DNA of 64,000 nucleotides, taken from Candidatus Aminicenantes bacterium. Its GTDB lineage: Bacteria > Acidobacteriota > Aminicenantia > JAMOAD01. Numbering within the stretch: position 1 is the first letter of the stretch; every line of letters begins with the position of its first letter. Under the pieces are notes generated by a model. The model was not told the DNA's origin, searched no databases, and saw nothing but the letters and a program-made list of their open reading frames with translations. The stretch is taken from the NCBI GenBank assembly GCA_027067555.1, contig JAMOVU010000070.1:63461-127460 (forward strand), given 5' to 3'. A program made the translations under genes and the position numbers. This document shows, piece after piece, positions 28,698-38,600 of the stretch.

Positions 28698-31060
28698 CCT
28701 TCCTCATCAAAATAAATTTTGCCAGATTCAAAAATAGCAAATCCAATATTACTTAAAAACTTTTTAAAAGTCAGCTGACCTGAAATCCTTTCTTCTATCA
28801 AAAAAAGTCTTTTTTTATTATTCTCAAACCATTTATAATCAGAGGAATACTTTTTAATTAATTCGATATCATAAACTTTATCAAACTCACTTCTATAAAT
28901 ACCCGCAAAGGGATACCAGAATTTTTTAAGAAAAAATAGGAGATTCGCATTTTTCTTTTTACAATTAATATCACATTTCCTAAAAAAACCTACTAATCTT
29001 CTATCAATCTCAGATTTAAAGTTTTTAGGAAGAAAGAAAGAGAACTTTCTTAGTGTTCTTGGAGAAATATCCCAAAGAATACCGTATTTTGTATGAGCAA
29101 TGCTATTCCAGATTTTGAAAGGAGTTGCACCAAAAGTTAACTTTCTATATTCGAGATAAGCGAAAGGAGCCATTTTCTCATGACCGGGTCTCCTTCTTTT
29201 TCTAATTTTTACTCTTGAAACAATGGGATCAGTTAATCCCAATTTATCTACAATATAAACATTTTCCCCTGCATAAAAACCTAAAAAACCTATATTCTTG
29301 TATGCAATTTTTAATCTAATACCTGACTTTTCAGACAATCTTTTATAATCCTGTCCCATTGTTTTCCACATGAAAATAATATCCTCTTTGAAAAGATCCC
29401 CGATCTCTTCTAATTTTTTATTTTTATAATAAGCAAACCTTTCATCAGAAATACCTCCTTTATTGTAAAACCTACCTCTTTTTTGCACAGGCTTTATGTA
29501 AAGAGCAATAGCAAAAATAAGAATAGAAAGAGCGACTCCAATGGCTTTCCTAAAAGTGTTTTTTTCAAAAAGAAAATCAAAAGCACCTATACTTGAAGAG
29601 GATATCAAAAGAAAAGCGGGAAGAAGAAATCTTCCGTGCATAAAATCTCCTCCGCCGCGTACAACAAAAAAGCCATGAATAAAACCCGAAAAAAAGATTA
29701 ATAACCTTGCTTTAAAGGAGTAATTTTTCCTTGTAATAATCAAAGCAAGGACTCCCAATAAAAAAGCTACTAAAAAAAGACTTCCTTCAACTAAATCTTT
29801 TAAATAAAGGATTCCTTGAGAAAAATATGAGCCAGCTCCACTTTTTGTATAAAAAGGATTCGGGAAAAAGCTTGCAAAGTATCCCATCCTGAAAATTTGA
29901 TACCCCCCTAAAAAGAGGAAAACAGGAATCAAAAATTCAACTAAAATTTTTGTTTGTATCTGTTTTTTTATTAATTTATAAGAAAATATTAATAACAAAA
30001 GGATTAAAAAGACTCCAAAATCAGGCCTATTCAAAACCAAAAGAGAAAGCAATAATCCGAAAAGCAATGGCTTTTTAATAAATAAATTTTCAGAAATAAA
30101 ATAAGCGTAGAGAGAAAGTAAGAGAAAAGATAAAGAGGTTTCCAGGCCACTTGTTCCAAAATCAATAAAAGCACTCGAACCAATTAGCATAATTCCTGCA
30201 AAATTTAATTTAAATGATTTCTCTCCAAACCTTATTTTAAAAAAAAGAAAATACAAGGTAAGCAAAGAAAAAAGTAAAGCTGGTAAGATCGCAGCGCCTT
30301 TATAACTTACTCCCAACACCTTAACACCCGACACTACAAAAAACCAGAGAGCATGTGTAAACCCCTCAACCCTCTCTCCTATATTATACACCAGCCCGTG
30401 TCCAGAAAGAAAATTTCTTATTATTCTCAAGGTAATAAAGGCATCCTCAGAAATCCAGCTTCTTATAAAAATAGCATAAAAGCCTCCGGAAACAAAAAAT
30501 AGTGCCAACCACTTTTTCCAGCCTTCCCCGCTTTTAACATTTAAAAAAGAAAAAATTACAATGGAAAGAAAGATAAAGATTAAGATACTTTTATAAAAAA
30601 CGACAAAAGGAGAAATATAAAAAGAAGTTCTAATTAGCTCAACTTTATCAAGATATATCCACCCCTTTCTATCTCTGATTCTTACTCTCGGCTCCAATTC
30701 TACCGTTTCTCCTAATTTAACCCTCAAGATTACCTGTCCATCATTATCTGAAATTTTTATTGGTTTTTGTACTTTTATTTTCTTTCCCCTTTTATAAGCA
30801 ATCTCAAATATGTAAGTCCCCCCTTTTAAAGCATTTTTATAATGAAAAACAGCGTCATATTTTCCCGGTTCAACTGTTTTGTACACTCCATAAGCTAAAA
30901 TCTCCCCCTTAGAAGAGACATTCTTTTCTATTAAAACCTTATTGTGAATAAAATTAGAAAACATCCATCTCTTTTCCCCGCTATAATGAATAAAAAAACT
31001 AAGAAGTACAGTGGAAAGAACAATCAAGTACAGGCTAAGAAAGAAAAGTTTCTTTTTCAT
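28685..31060 (-). CDS. Polytopic membrane protein of the GT-C (ArnT/PMT_2-like) type, with an N-terminal secreted beta-rich domain and a C-terminal soluble domain
   Basis: Signal/TM, then a roughly 140-aa extracytoplasmic domain, then a GT-C first-loop-like motif SEDAFITLRIIRNFLSGHGLVYNIGERVEGFTHALWFF (compare DE-x-aromatic...R..N.L..G.G in ArnT/PMT families). At least 10 TM helices. A roughly 250-aa C-terminal domain follows. Confidence 0.45.
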   Translation of the reverse strand: MKKKLFFLSLYLIVLSTVLLSFFIHYSGEKRWMFSNFIHNKVLIEKNVSSKGEILAYGVYKTVEPGKYDAVFHYKNALKGGTYIFEIAYKRGKKIKVQKPIKISDNDGQVILRVKLGETVELEPRVRIRDRKGWIYLDKVELIRTSFYISPFVVFYKSILIFIFLSIVIFSFLNVKSGEGWKKWLALFFVSGGFYAIFIRSWISEDAFITLRIIRNFLSGHGLVYNIGERVEGFTHALWFFVVSGVKVLGVSYKGAAILPALLFSLLTLYFLFFKIRFGEKSFKLNFAGIMLIGSSAFIDFGTSGLETSLSFLLLSLYAYFISENLFIKKPLLFGLLLSLLVLNRPDFGVFLILLLLIFSYKLIKKQIQTKILVEFLIPVFLFLGGYQIFRMGYFASFFPNPFYTKSGAGSYFSQGILYLKDLVEGSLFLVAFLLGVLALIITRKNYSFKARLLIFFSGFIHGFFVVRGGGDFMHGRFLLPAFLLISSSSIGAFDFLFEKNTFRKAIGVALSILIFAIALYIKPVQKRGRFYNKGGISDERFAYYKNKKLEEIGDLFKEDIIFMWKTMGQDYKRLSEKSGIRLKIAYKNIGFLGFYAGENVYIVDKLGLTDPIVSRVKIRKRRRPGHEKMAPFAYLEYRKLTFGATPFKIWNSIAHTKYGILWDISPRTLRKFSFFLPKNFKSEIDRRLVGFFRKCDINCKKKNANLLFFLKKFWYPFAGIYRSEFDKVYDIELIKKYSSDYKWFENNKKRLFLIEERISGQLTFKKFLSNIGFAIFESGKIYFDEEGWHG

Positions 31061-31159
31061 CTTTATTCACCTATTATATTAAATTAAATTACTTTTTAAA
31101 ACATAGAGATAGAAAAATCCAAAATTTGACAAAAAATTTAGGATATTATAAAAAATGGT

Positions 31160-31795
31160 ATGGAAGTAAAAAAGATATATCTTCTAAGAAAGCTTATTTT
31201 GGAAAGAATTCACACCCGGAGGGATATTGATTTTGTAAAAATAGATGAGAATTTAACAAAAGAGATAGAAGATTACTTTTCTCAAGCAGAAGAAAAGGAA
31301 GAAGTTCTTTTATCCCTAAGAAAAGAGCAACAAATGGACCCCAATGCTTCATTAAAATATTTTAGAGCGATAGAAAGAATTGAAATAAGAAGGAAAGTTC
31401 TTCAACTACTCTTAGCCATAGCTTTAAACAAAGTCCCAAATAAAAAAGGGACTTTGCTTTTCAAACAACTTTATGATTCTGTAATGGATATGGTAAAATT
31501 ATTTGAAGAAAAAGATGTATTTGAAGGGAGTAAAAGGGAGGTGCTTAAATCAGAATTCCTTACCACCTATATAGATGATTTTGAATTTTTCTATAAATTT
31601 AATAAAGATGAAATAGAGAACCATTTAAAACAGGCAAAAGAAAATAAAGATTTTATCCTTATATTTGAAGCTCTTTTTCTCATGGCTCTTTTTTGGTTTA
31701 CCATAAGGGAGGGGAATATTGAGAAGATAAGAAAAAGTGATTTATTTATCTATTTGTTATCTAAAAAATTAAAGGAAGAATATCAAAAGGTTTAG
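31160..31795 (+). CDS. Hypothetical cytoplasmic protein (211 aa, Glu/Lys-rich), no recognisable motif
   Basis: Clean ORF sitting in its own intergenic context with AT-rich upstream sequence. Confidence 0.4.
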   Translation: MEVKKIYLLRKLILERIHTRRDIDFVKIDENLTKEIEDYFSQAEEKEEVLLSLRKEQQMDPNASLKYFRAIERIEIRRKVLQLLLAIALNKVPNKKGTLLFKQLYDSVMDMVKLFEEKDVFEGSKREVLKSEFLTTYIDDFEFFYKFNKDEIENHLKQAKENKDFILIFEALFLMALFWFTIREGNIEKIRKSDLFIYLLSKKLKEEYQKV

Positions 31796-31799
31796 GAAC

Positions 31800-34688
31800 T
31801 CAGGAGTTTAAAATCCTTATTCTACTTAAAGCCACTTTAGCAAGTTGTGTACGAGGATTTGCTTTAATTGATTCTCTATAACCTCTCAAAGCCTCCTTTT
31901 TATCCCCAATTCTTTCCATAATAACCCCATAAAGGAAAGAATCATAAAAAAGCCACAATCTTGTCCTAAAGGAAGTTTTCTTTTCTTTTTCAAGAAAGTC
32001 CATAGTTTCTTTAGCCAATTTAATAGCTTCTTCCAGTTCACCTCTTTTTAAAAGTACATAGGCATAGGACATAGCAGCAAATTTTCTTTTATAGGGTGAG
32101 TTAATATACAAATCCTCAACATAAAAACTCGCCAAATCCACCAAATCTTTTCCATTTTTAATCCCACTTAAACCTAAAATATCATAAGTAAAGGCACTTC
32201 TTGAAAAGAATAATCTATACTCTGCAATAGTAAAAGATGATGGATCTCTTCCCAAAAGTTCTGATAAAATACTAAGAGATGATAAATACTCCCCACTAAA
32301 CAATTTAACAACCCCTCTCATAATTTTTTTCTGTCCATCTTTAACATTCATTTTTTTTGCAATTTCTTGAGCATTGAAAAACTTTCCTTCCTGAAGATTA
32401 ATATAATAACTAAAAAGATTTTTTCCTATCACATGGGTTAACCCCCAAAAATCTCCTATATCCTTATATTTTTTCTCACTCAAATCCAGAGCTTTTTTTA
32501 AATTCCCTTTTAAAAACTCAATCTCGCAAAGTTTCTGAATAGCATCAGAGTTTAAAGGATAGAAAAATACAGATTTTTGAAAGCTTTTCTCTGCATTTTT
32601 ATAATCCATCAACTTTAATTCAACCAAACCTTTTAAATAATAAAAAGCTGCTCTTAAATACGGGTTTTTAACATCTTTTTTTATAACTTCCTTTATTATC
32701 TTATAAGCGCTTTCATAATCCTTATCCTTTAAAAAAGCATAATAAAAATCATTTACAAGAAATAAAACTTTCTTTAAAGTAGGTTTAAAATCCTGATATA
32801 CCCTCTTTTTCTTCTCATTAAAAACAGTTAAGATAACCTTCTTTCCACTTATTTGAAGAATCATGCTTTCGCCCGTCTTAATACTTAGAAATTTGAATTG
32901 ATTAATCCCTATGGCTCCAATAAAAGAAGTATGACTTGGAAAAAAATAGATGAAATTATTGAAGAGAGTTTCTCTAGAAGGGTTTAATTGGGGGATTATG
33001 GTAATTTTATATGCAGCGGAAGTATCTCCTCTCTTCAAACTAAAAGGAATAAAATAGGACAAATGAGAGAAAATATTATTTTTCCCTAAAATCAAAAGCT
33101 TTGGAAATGAATTTTTTATTTTAAGTAATCTATATGAAAAAATCATTCCCGGACTATATAATTCATAAGCTCTGCCATTTTCACTAAATAAAAAAAATGC
33201 TGATGGATACATACCCAAAAAATGCTTTAAATTTGCTCCAAAAAATTTACCTTTTCCTAAATCAAACTCTTTAAACTCTCCAAAATAAAAATTCTTGGCA
33301 AACTCATAAGAATAATAATTCATTAAATTGTTAATGCTAAATACTTTATTCCCACTATTATCAAGAAAAACAATTTTAGCATTCCTTTTATTGGAAAGGA
33401 TACTTTCCCTAATCGGGAAAAATTTATAATCTTTATGATTTAGAAAAACCAAAATTTCACTCTTAGAGCTTCCTATCTTATTTAATCTCTCTAGCCTTTC
33501 AATATTTTTTTCATTTAATTTAACAGCTCTGAAAACATTGTAAGGGGAAAAATCCTTTCTAAAAACTTTTATCCCAAAAGTATTGTACCCTTCTAAAAGA
33601 GGCCCCTTGTAAGATAAATAAGAAACTGTTTTTTTGTTAATCACAACAAAATAAAAAGATAATAAAAATAAAATAAAGCTTATAAAAACTCCCACTCTTC
33701 TTAAAACTTTTTTATTCTGGCAAATAGAATTGATAAGTCTATCTTTAATAGTTAGTTTCTCTTTAAGTAAAAATTTTTCTAATTCATTTATATTCTTAAA
33801 TCTATTTCTATAATCAACAGCCATAGCTTTCTTTATTGCAAAGCTTAAAAAATCGGGAAAAGTTCCGATTTCCGAACAATTATCAAAATAATTTACACTC
33901 ACTTTCTTGTAAAGAAGCTCTACAGTTGAAGTGTGCTCTTCAAAAGGGAATTTTCCTGTTAATACTCTGAAAAGCATAACCCCAAGCTGGTATACATCAG
34001 AGTAAAAACCCATCTTTTCTCCAATTACCTGCTCGGGTGTTATGTAATACGGAGTTCCTGTTATTTCTCCTATAGAAGAAGTTTTTGTCTCATCTTCAAG
34101 ATCTTTGGAAAGACCAAAATCAACTATCTTTACCTTTTTATTCTTGGTAATAAGTATATTGGAAGGTTTAAGGTCTCTATGGATAATATTTTTCTCATGC
34201 AGAGCTTTCACCCCTTTTAAAATCTCGAAAAATATAGGTCTAAATTCATCCCACTTTAACTTTTTCTTTTTTAGCAAATAAGATTTCAAGCTTTCCCCTT
34301 CAATGTACTCCATTACATTAAAATAAATATCATTCCAGTTTTCAAGAGAAAATATTTTTACAATCCTTGGGTCACTTATTTCCCGGGAAATTCTAACCTC
34401 TCTTTTTATCCTATAAAGCTTTCGTGAATTAGAGGTAACCATGGGATTTATAAATTTTAGAGCAACAGTTTGACTTAAGAATCTATCATAGGCCTTATAG
34501 ACAAAGCCCACTCCGCCTTCCCCTACTTTTTCTATTATTTCGTATCTATCATTAACCAATTCCCCTTTTTTTAAATTTGATAACAAAAGGAGATAAGCGG
34601 TTATATTCACATCTGAAAACTCAGATTCTTTGTTTTTTGATAAATCAACAGATTCTGTTTCGTTCATTGTATTATATCTTATATCCAT
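31800..34688 (-). CDS. Hanks-type Ser/Thr protein kinase with single TM, large extracytoplasmic region and C-terminal TPR repeats
   Basis: Kinase subdomains are present: G-loop VGEGGVGFVYKA, VAIK-like VALKF, catalytic loop HRDLKPSNILI, DFG as DFGLS, and APE-like TPYYITPEQ. A TM segment lies at about aa 335-357. The C-terminal third has TPR-like AxxYxxAG repeats. Confidence 0.8.
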   Translation of the reverse strand: MDIRYNTMNETESVDLSKNKESEFSDVNITAYLLLLSNLKKGELVNDRYEIIEKVGEGGVGFVYKAYDRFLSQTVALKFINPMVTSNSRKLYRIKREVRISREISDPRIVKIFSLENWNDIYFNVMEYIEGESLKSYLLKKKKLKWDEFRPIFFEILKGVKALHEKNIIHRDLKPSNILITKNKKVKIVDFGLSKDLEDETKTSSIGEITGTPYYITPEQVIGEKMGFYSDVYQLGVMLFRVLTGKFPFEEHTSTVELLYKKVSVNYFDNCSEIGTFPDFLSFAIKKAMAVDYRNRFKNINELEKFLLKEKLTIKDRLINSICQNKKVLRRVGVFISFILFLLSFYFVVINKKTVSYLSYKGPLLEGYNTFGIKVFRKDFSPYNVFRAVKLNEKNIERLERLNKIGSSKSEILVFLNHKDYKFFPIRESILSNKRNAKIVFLDNSGNKVFSINNLMNYYSYEFAKNFYFGEFKEFDLGKGKFFGANLKHFLGMYPSAFFLFSENGRAYELYSPGMIFSYRLLKIKNSFPKLLILGKNNIFSHLSYFIPFSLKRGDTSAAYKITIIPQLNPSRETLFNNFIYFFPSHTSFIGAIGINQFKFLSIKTGESMILQISGKKVILTVFNEKKKRVYQDFKPTLKKVLFLVNDFYYAFLKDKDYESAYKIIKEVIKKDVKNPYLRAAFYYLKGLVELKLMDYKNAEKSFQKSVFFYPLNSDAIQKLCEIEFLKGNLKKALDLSEKKYKDIGDFWGLTHVIGKNLFSYYINLQEGKFFNAQEIAKKMNVKDGQKKIMRGVVKLFSGEYLSSLSILSELLGRDPSSFTIAEYRLFFSRSAFTYDILGLSGIKNGKDLVDLASFYVEDLYINSPYKRKFAAMSYAYVLLKRGELEEAIKLAKETMDFLEKEKKTSFRTRLWLFYDSFLYGVIMERIGDKKEALRGYRESIKANPRTQLAKVALSRIRILNS

Positions 34689-34777
34689 TAAAAAATTTTC
34701 TCAAGAGTAATTTTTTTTAACAGATCAAACATAAAGGGAATATTGACTGGTATTTCTTTTTAATATATACTTTTTCA

Positions 34778-36892
34778 ATGAAAAAAAGACTTATTATTAT
34801 TCTACTTTTTGCGTTAAGTTTAAGTTTATTTTCTATCCCATCTTACTCCAAAACAAAAAAAACAAAACTATCCACCAAAGAACTAATAAAAAGATTACCA
34901 AAAAAGTACAAAGATTGGCTGGATCTTGTTTATTACATTATTACCCCGATTGAAAAAAAGGTCTTTTTACAGTTAACCAACAACAGAGATAGAGATGCTT
35001 TTATTAAATTATTCTGGCAACATAGAGATCCCACACCTGGAACCCCCGAAAATGAATTCAAAGAGGAACATATAAGAAGATTTAAATATGCAAACAAACA
35101 CTTTAAAACAACACGTCCAGGCTGGATGACAGATATGGGGAAAATTTACATAATTTTAGGACCTCCAAATACTCACAATAATTATGATAATGAATTCGGA
35201 ATTTACCCTTTGAAAATATGGGGCTATTATGGAGACAAAAAGTTAGGCCTCCCGGCTTATTTTAGAATAATTTTCTTTAAAAGAAACGGAATAGGTGAAT
35301 ATGTTTTGTATGATCCAGCCTTTGATGGTCCCGCTTCTATTTTAAGAGATACAGAAGGAGTTGACATAACAGATATAAATTCCATCTATAGAAAATTAAA
35401 GGAGATAGCCCCCTCCATAGCAAAATCAGTTTTATCCCTGATTCCGGGAGAAGAATCCTTTTTTTCTATGCCAACCACAAGAGGTACTGTTCTCTTGAGC
35501 CAAATTTTTGAACTTCCTAAAAAGAGAGTAAAAGTTAATTATGCAAGACAATTCCTGGATTTTAAAGGGATTGTGAAAGTAGATTATGCCATGAATTATG
35601 TTGAAAATGATTTTCTCTATACCCTTAATTATGACCCTTCAACAGGATTAAATTTTCTTCACTTTTCCATAAAACCCCATAGAATATCATTAGCTTATTC
35701 TTCTGAAAAAGATAAATATTATTTTGCCTTAAAGCTTGATGTGAGCTTAAAAAAAGGAGATTTAATTGTATATCATTATTCAAAGAGATATTCTTTTTAT
35801 TTCACAGAAGATGAAGTGAACACAAGACTCAAACCATCGGGGTTAGCAATAAATGACATGTTTCCAATTATACCGGGAGATTATCAATTAATCGTCCTCT
35901 TGCAAAATTCTGTAAAGAGAGAATTTACATACTCAAAGAATGAAATTAAGGTCCCCCTCTCACCTAAATCACCTCATTTAGTAGGTCCTATCCCGACATA
36001 TAAAGTTGATAGAGCAGCTCTCGATGTGGTCTACAGACCCTTTAAATTCGGCTATTTTCTTTTGAATATTGAGCCTAAAAAGTTCTTTTCTCTTGCGGAT
36101 AAAATCAAGATATTCGTAGGAGCAAATAATTGTGAAAAATTAAAAAATGGAAAGATAGAGGTAATAGTTAAGAATAGACCGGGATATCCAAAGTTCTCAA
36201 AAACTTTTGAAGTACAAACCCCAAAAGATAAGAATACTTTTTATAAAAGCTTTTTACTTTCAGGGGAGCTTCCTTCTGCTGTGTTCGATGTAACCGCAAG
36301 ATTATATAGTGCCAATATTCCCATAGATACAAAAGAAAGCAATTTTACGATTTCTCCAATAAGAAATGTATCTCACCCAATGGAAGCTTTCAAAGTAATG
36401 GACAAGAGAAATAAAGCTTTACACTATTACAGAATTGCAAATGAATACGAAAATCTTGGAAATCTGAAGAAAGCAGAATATTATTATGAACTTGGCTTTT
36501 CAAAGATAAAAGATTTCTACGAAGGAATAATTCGTTATACAAAACTTTTAATTAAACAAAATAAATATGAAAAAGCCCTTAGTGTTGTGGAAAGTTTAAA
36601 AGGAGTCAAAAAATTTGACTTTGAATACTATGCTCTCAAAGGAGAAGCTCAGTTCTACCTGAATGATTTTGAAAATGCCCTGAACAATTTGCTTAAAGCC
36701 AACAAAATCTATGATAGTGATGTCCATGTGATAAATCTTTTGGGGTTAACCTTCCTCAGAATGGAAAATTTTGATCAGGCACTGAAAGCATTTAAGGCAT
36801 CTCTCTCAATAAATGAAGATCAACAGGAGATAAAAAATCTTATTAAAAGAATAAAATCCATTCAGAAAAAGAAAGCTGATAAGAAGAATTAA
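34778..36892 (+). CDS. Secreted GWxTD-domain protein with C-terminal TPR repeats
   Basis: Signal peptide MKKRLIIILLFALSLSLFSIPSYS. Core motif RPGWMTDMGKIYIILGPP matches the GWxTD signature. The C-terminus has TPR-like repeats (ANEYENLGNLKKAEYYY...). Confidence 0.55.
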   Translation: MKKRLIIILLFALSLSLFSIPSYSKTKKTKLSTKELIKRLPKKYKDWLDLVYYIITPIEKKVFLQLTNNRDRDAFIKLFWQHRDPTPGTPENEFKEEHIRRFKYANKHFKTTRPGWMTDMGKIYIILGPPNTHNNYDNEFGIYPLKIWGYYGDKKLGLPAYFRIIFFKRNGIGEYVLYDPAFDGPASILRDTEGVDITDINSIYRKLKEIAPSIAKSVLSLIPGEESFFSMPTTRGTVLLSQIFELPKKRVKVNYARQFLDFKGIVKVDYAMNYVENDFLYTLNYDPSTGLNFLHFSIKPHRISLAYSSEKDKYYFALKLDVSLKKGDLIVYHYSKRYSFYFTEDEVNTRLKPSGLAINDMFPIIPGDYQLIVLLQNSVKREFTYSKNEIKVPLSPKSPHLVGPIPTYKVDRAALDVVYRPFKFGYFLLNIEPKKFFSLADKIKIFVGANNCEKLKNGKIEVIVKNRPGYPKFSKTFEVQTPKDKNTFYKSFLLSGELPSAVFDVTARLYSANIPIDTKESNFTISPIRNVSHPMEAFKVMDKRNKALHYYRIANEYENLGNLKKAEYYYELGFSKIKDFYEGIIRYTKLLIKQNKYEKALSVVESLKGVKKFDFEYYALKGEAQFYLNDFENALNNLLKANKIYDSDVHVINLLGLTFLRMENFDQALKAFKASLSINEDQQEIKNLIKRIKSIQKKKADKKN

Positions 36893-36938
36893 AAAGTTTG
36901 CTTTGATATCTTTTTTAATCAGTATGATAAAATAAGAA

Positions 36939-38600
36939 ATGCATTGGGGAAATATTTATAATGGCCTGTGGGTATTTGTCCTTATGATTCTTATAATCAC
37001 CTCATTTTTTTCCAAAAAAAAGACAATAAAAAAACTGAACAAATTCAGAAAACTTCCTTTGATGGTCGAAAAAAATTCAAAATTAATTTTCATAAGAAAT
37101 CTGCTCTTTTACATTGGTGTACTATTTATCATAATAGCATTAATGAAACCACAATGGGGGATTAAGGAAAAAAACGTAAAGCTAAAGGGTGTTGATACAA
37201 TCTTTGCAGTAGATGTCTCAAACTCCATGTTGTCGCAGGATATTCTTCCTTCACGCTTGGAAAGAGTAAAAAATGCATTGAGCAAAATTTTAGACGACTA
37301 TTACGGAGGATTTATCGGATTAATCGCTTTTGCTGGAGAAAGTAAGGTTATTGTTCCTTTGACCCTTGATTATAAATTTGTAAAGTACAATGTAAAAAAT
37401 CTAACTCCAACAACAGTCTTAATTCAAGGGACAAACTTCAAAGAATTACTCTCTCTTGTATCTCTCCTTTTTAAAAGCAGAGAGACAAAAAGGAAACTTA
37501 TAATCATTTCAGATGGAGAAGATACCGAGGGAAATCTAAGAGAATCTTTGAAAATAGCAAAGAATAGCGGAATTAAAATCTTTACAATAGGGGTTGGAAC
37601 TCTGAGAGGATCAAGAATTCCTATTTTGGATAAAAATGGAAAAATAATAGGCTTCAAAAAAGATAAAGACGGCAATTATGTTATTTCAAAACTAAATCCA
37701 GAATTTTTAAAAAAACTTGCTGAAGAGAGCGGAGGGAAATTTTATCTATCATCCGATATATATAAAAGCATAAAACAAGCTATAAAATATCAGGAAGCAC
37801 TTTCAGAAAAAGGAATAAGTGTTTCTGTAGTAGATTATAAAGAAAAATATTATTACTTTGCATTAATCGGTTTCCTGTTTCTTTTATTATCATTCTCTTT
37901 ACCAATAGGTAAGAAAGAGCTAAAAAAATTCTCCCTTCTTTTAATCATTCTAATTTTTAATCTTAATTTTACTATTATTGACAAAGGAAATCATTATAAT
38001 AAAAGAGGTATAAAGAAGTATAAAGAAAAAAAATTCGGAGAAGCTCTATCCCAATTCCAAAAAGCAAAAGAGTATGCATATTATGATAAAAAGTTAGATT
38101 TTAATATAGGAGATTCTCTTTACAAATTAAAAAAATATAAAGAGGCGGAAAAGTATTTTAAAAGCGGAACAGAAAGCAAAGACAAGGAAACAAAGAAATT
38201 TTCATATTATAATCTCGGAAATCTTTATTATAATAAGGGAGAGCTTGGAAAAGCCATTAAAAATTATATTAATTCATTAAAAATAGACCCGAATTTTAAA
38301 AAAGCAAAAAATAATCTGGAAATTGCGCTAAAAAAGTTAAAAAAACAAAAGCAAAAACAGTCTTCAAAAAAGCAAGAGAATAAAGAAAATAAGAAAAATA
38401 ATAATAAATCCCCAAAAAACAATAATAAAGATGAAACAAAAAAAAGGGAAAAAAAGGAAAAGGAAAACCTGAAAAAAGAACTACTAAACAATTTACTTGA
38501 AAACTTAAAGAAAAAGGAGACAAAGAGAAGAGATAAGATGATGAAAGTTTTAAACAGGAGAAAAAATCATGGGAAAAAGCAGAGCGAAAAGGATTGGTAA
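36939..38600 (+). CDS. BatB-like membrane protein: 2 TM + von Willebrand factor A domain + TM + TPR + lysine-rich tail
   Basis: vWA MIDAS motif is FAVDVSNSM. TPR reads YNLGNLYYNKGELGKAIKNYINSLKIDPN. The low-complexity C-terminus is KKQKQKQSSKKQENKENKKNNNK.... The architecture matches the Bacteroides aerotolerance protein BatB. Confidence 0.7.
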   Translation: MHWGNIYNGLWVFVLMILIITSFFSKKKTIKKLNKFRKLPLMVEKNSKLIFIRNLLFYIGVLFIIIALMKPQWGIKEKNVKLKGVDTIFAVDVSNSMLSQDILPSRLERVKNALSKILDDYYGGFIGLIAFAGESKVIVPLTLDYKFVKYNVKNLTPTTVLIQGTNFKELLSLVSLLFKSRETKRKLIIISDGEDTEGNLRESLKIAKNSGIKIFTIGVGTLRGSRIPILDKNGKIIGFKKDKDGNYVISKLNPEFLKKLAEESGGKFYLSSDIYKSIKQAIKYQEALSEKGISVSVVDYKEKYYYFALIGFLFLLLSFSLPIGKKELKKFSLLLIILIFNLNFTIIDKGNHYNKRGIKKYKEKKFGEALSQFQKAKEYAYYDKKLDFNIGDSLYKLKKYKEAEKYFKSGTESKDKETKKFSYYNLGNLYYNKGELGKAIKNYINSLKIDPNFKKAKNNLEIALKKLKKQKQKQSSKKQENKENKKNNNKSPKNNNKDETKKREKKEKENLKKELLNNLLENLKKKETKRRDKMMKVLNRRKNHGKKQSEKDW

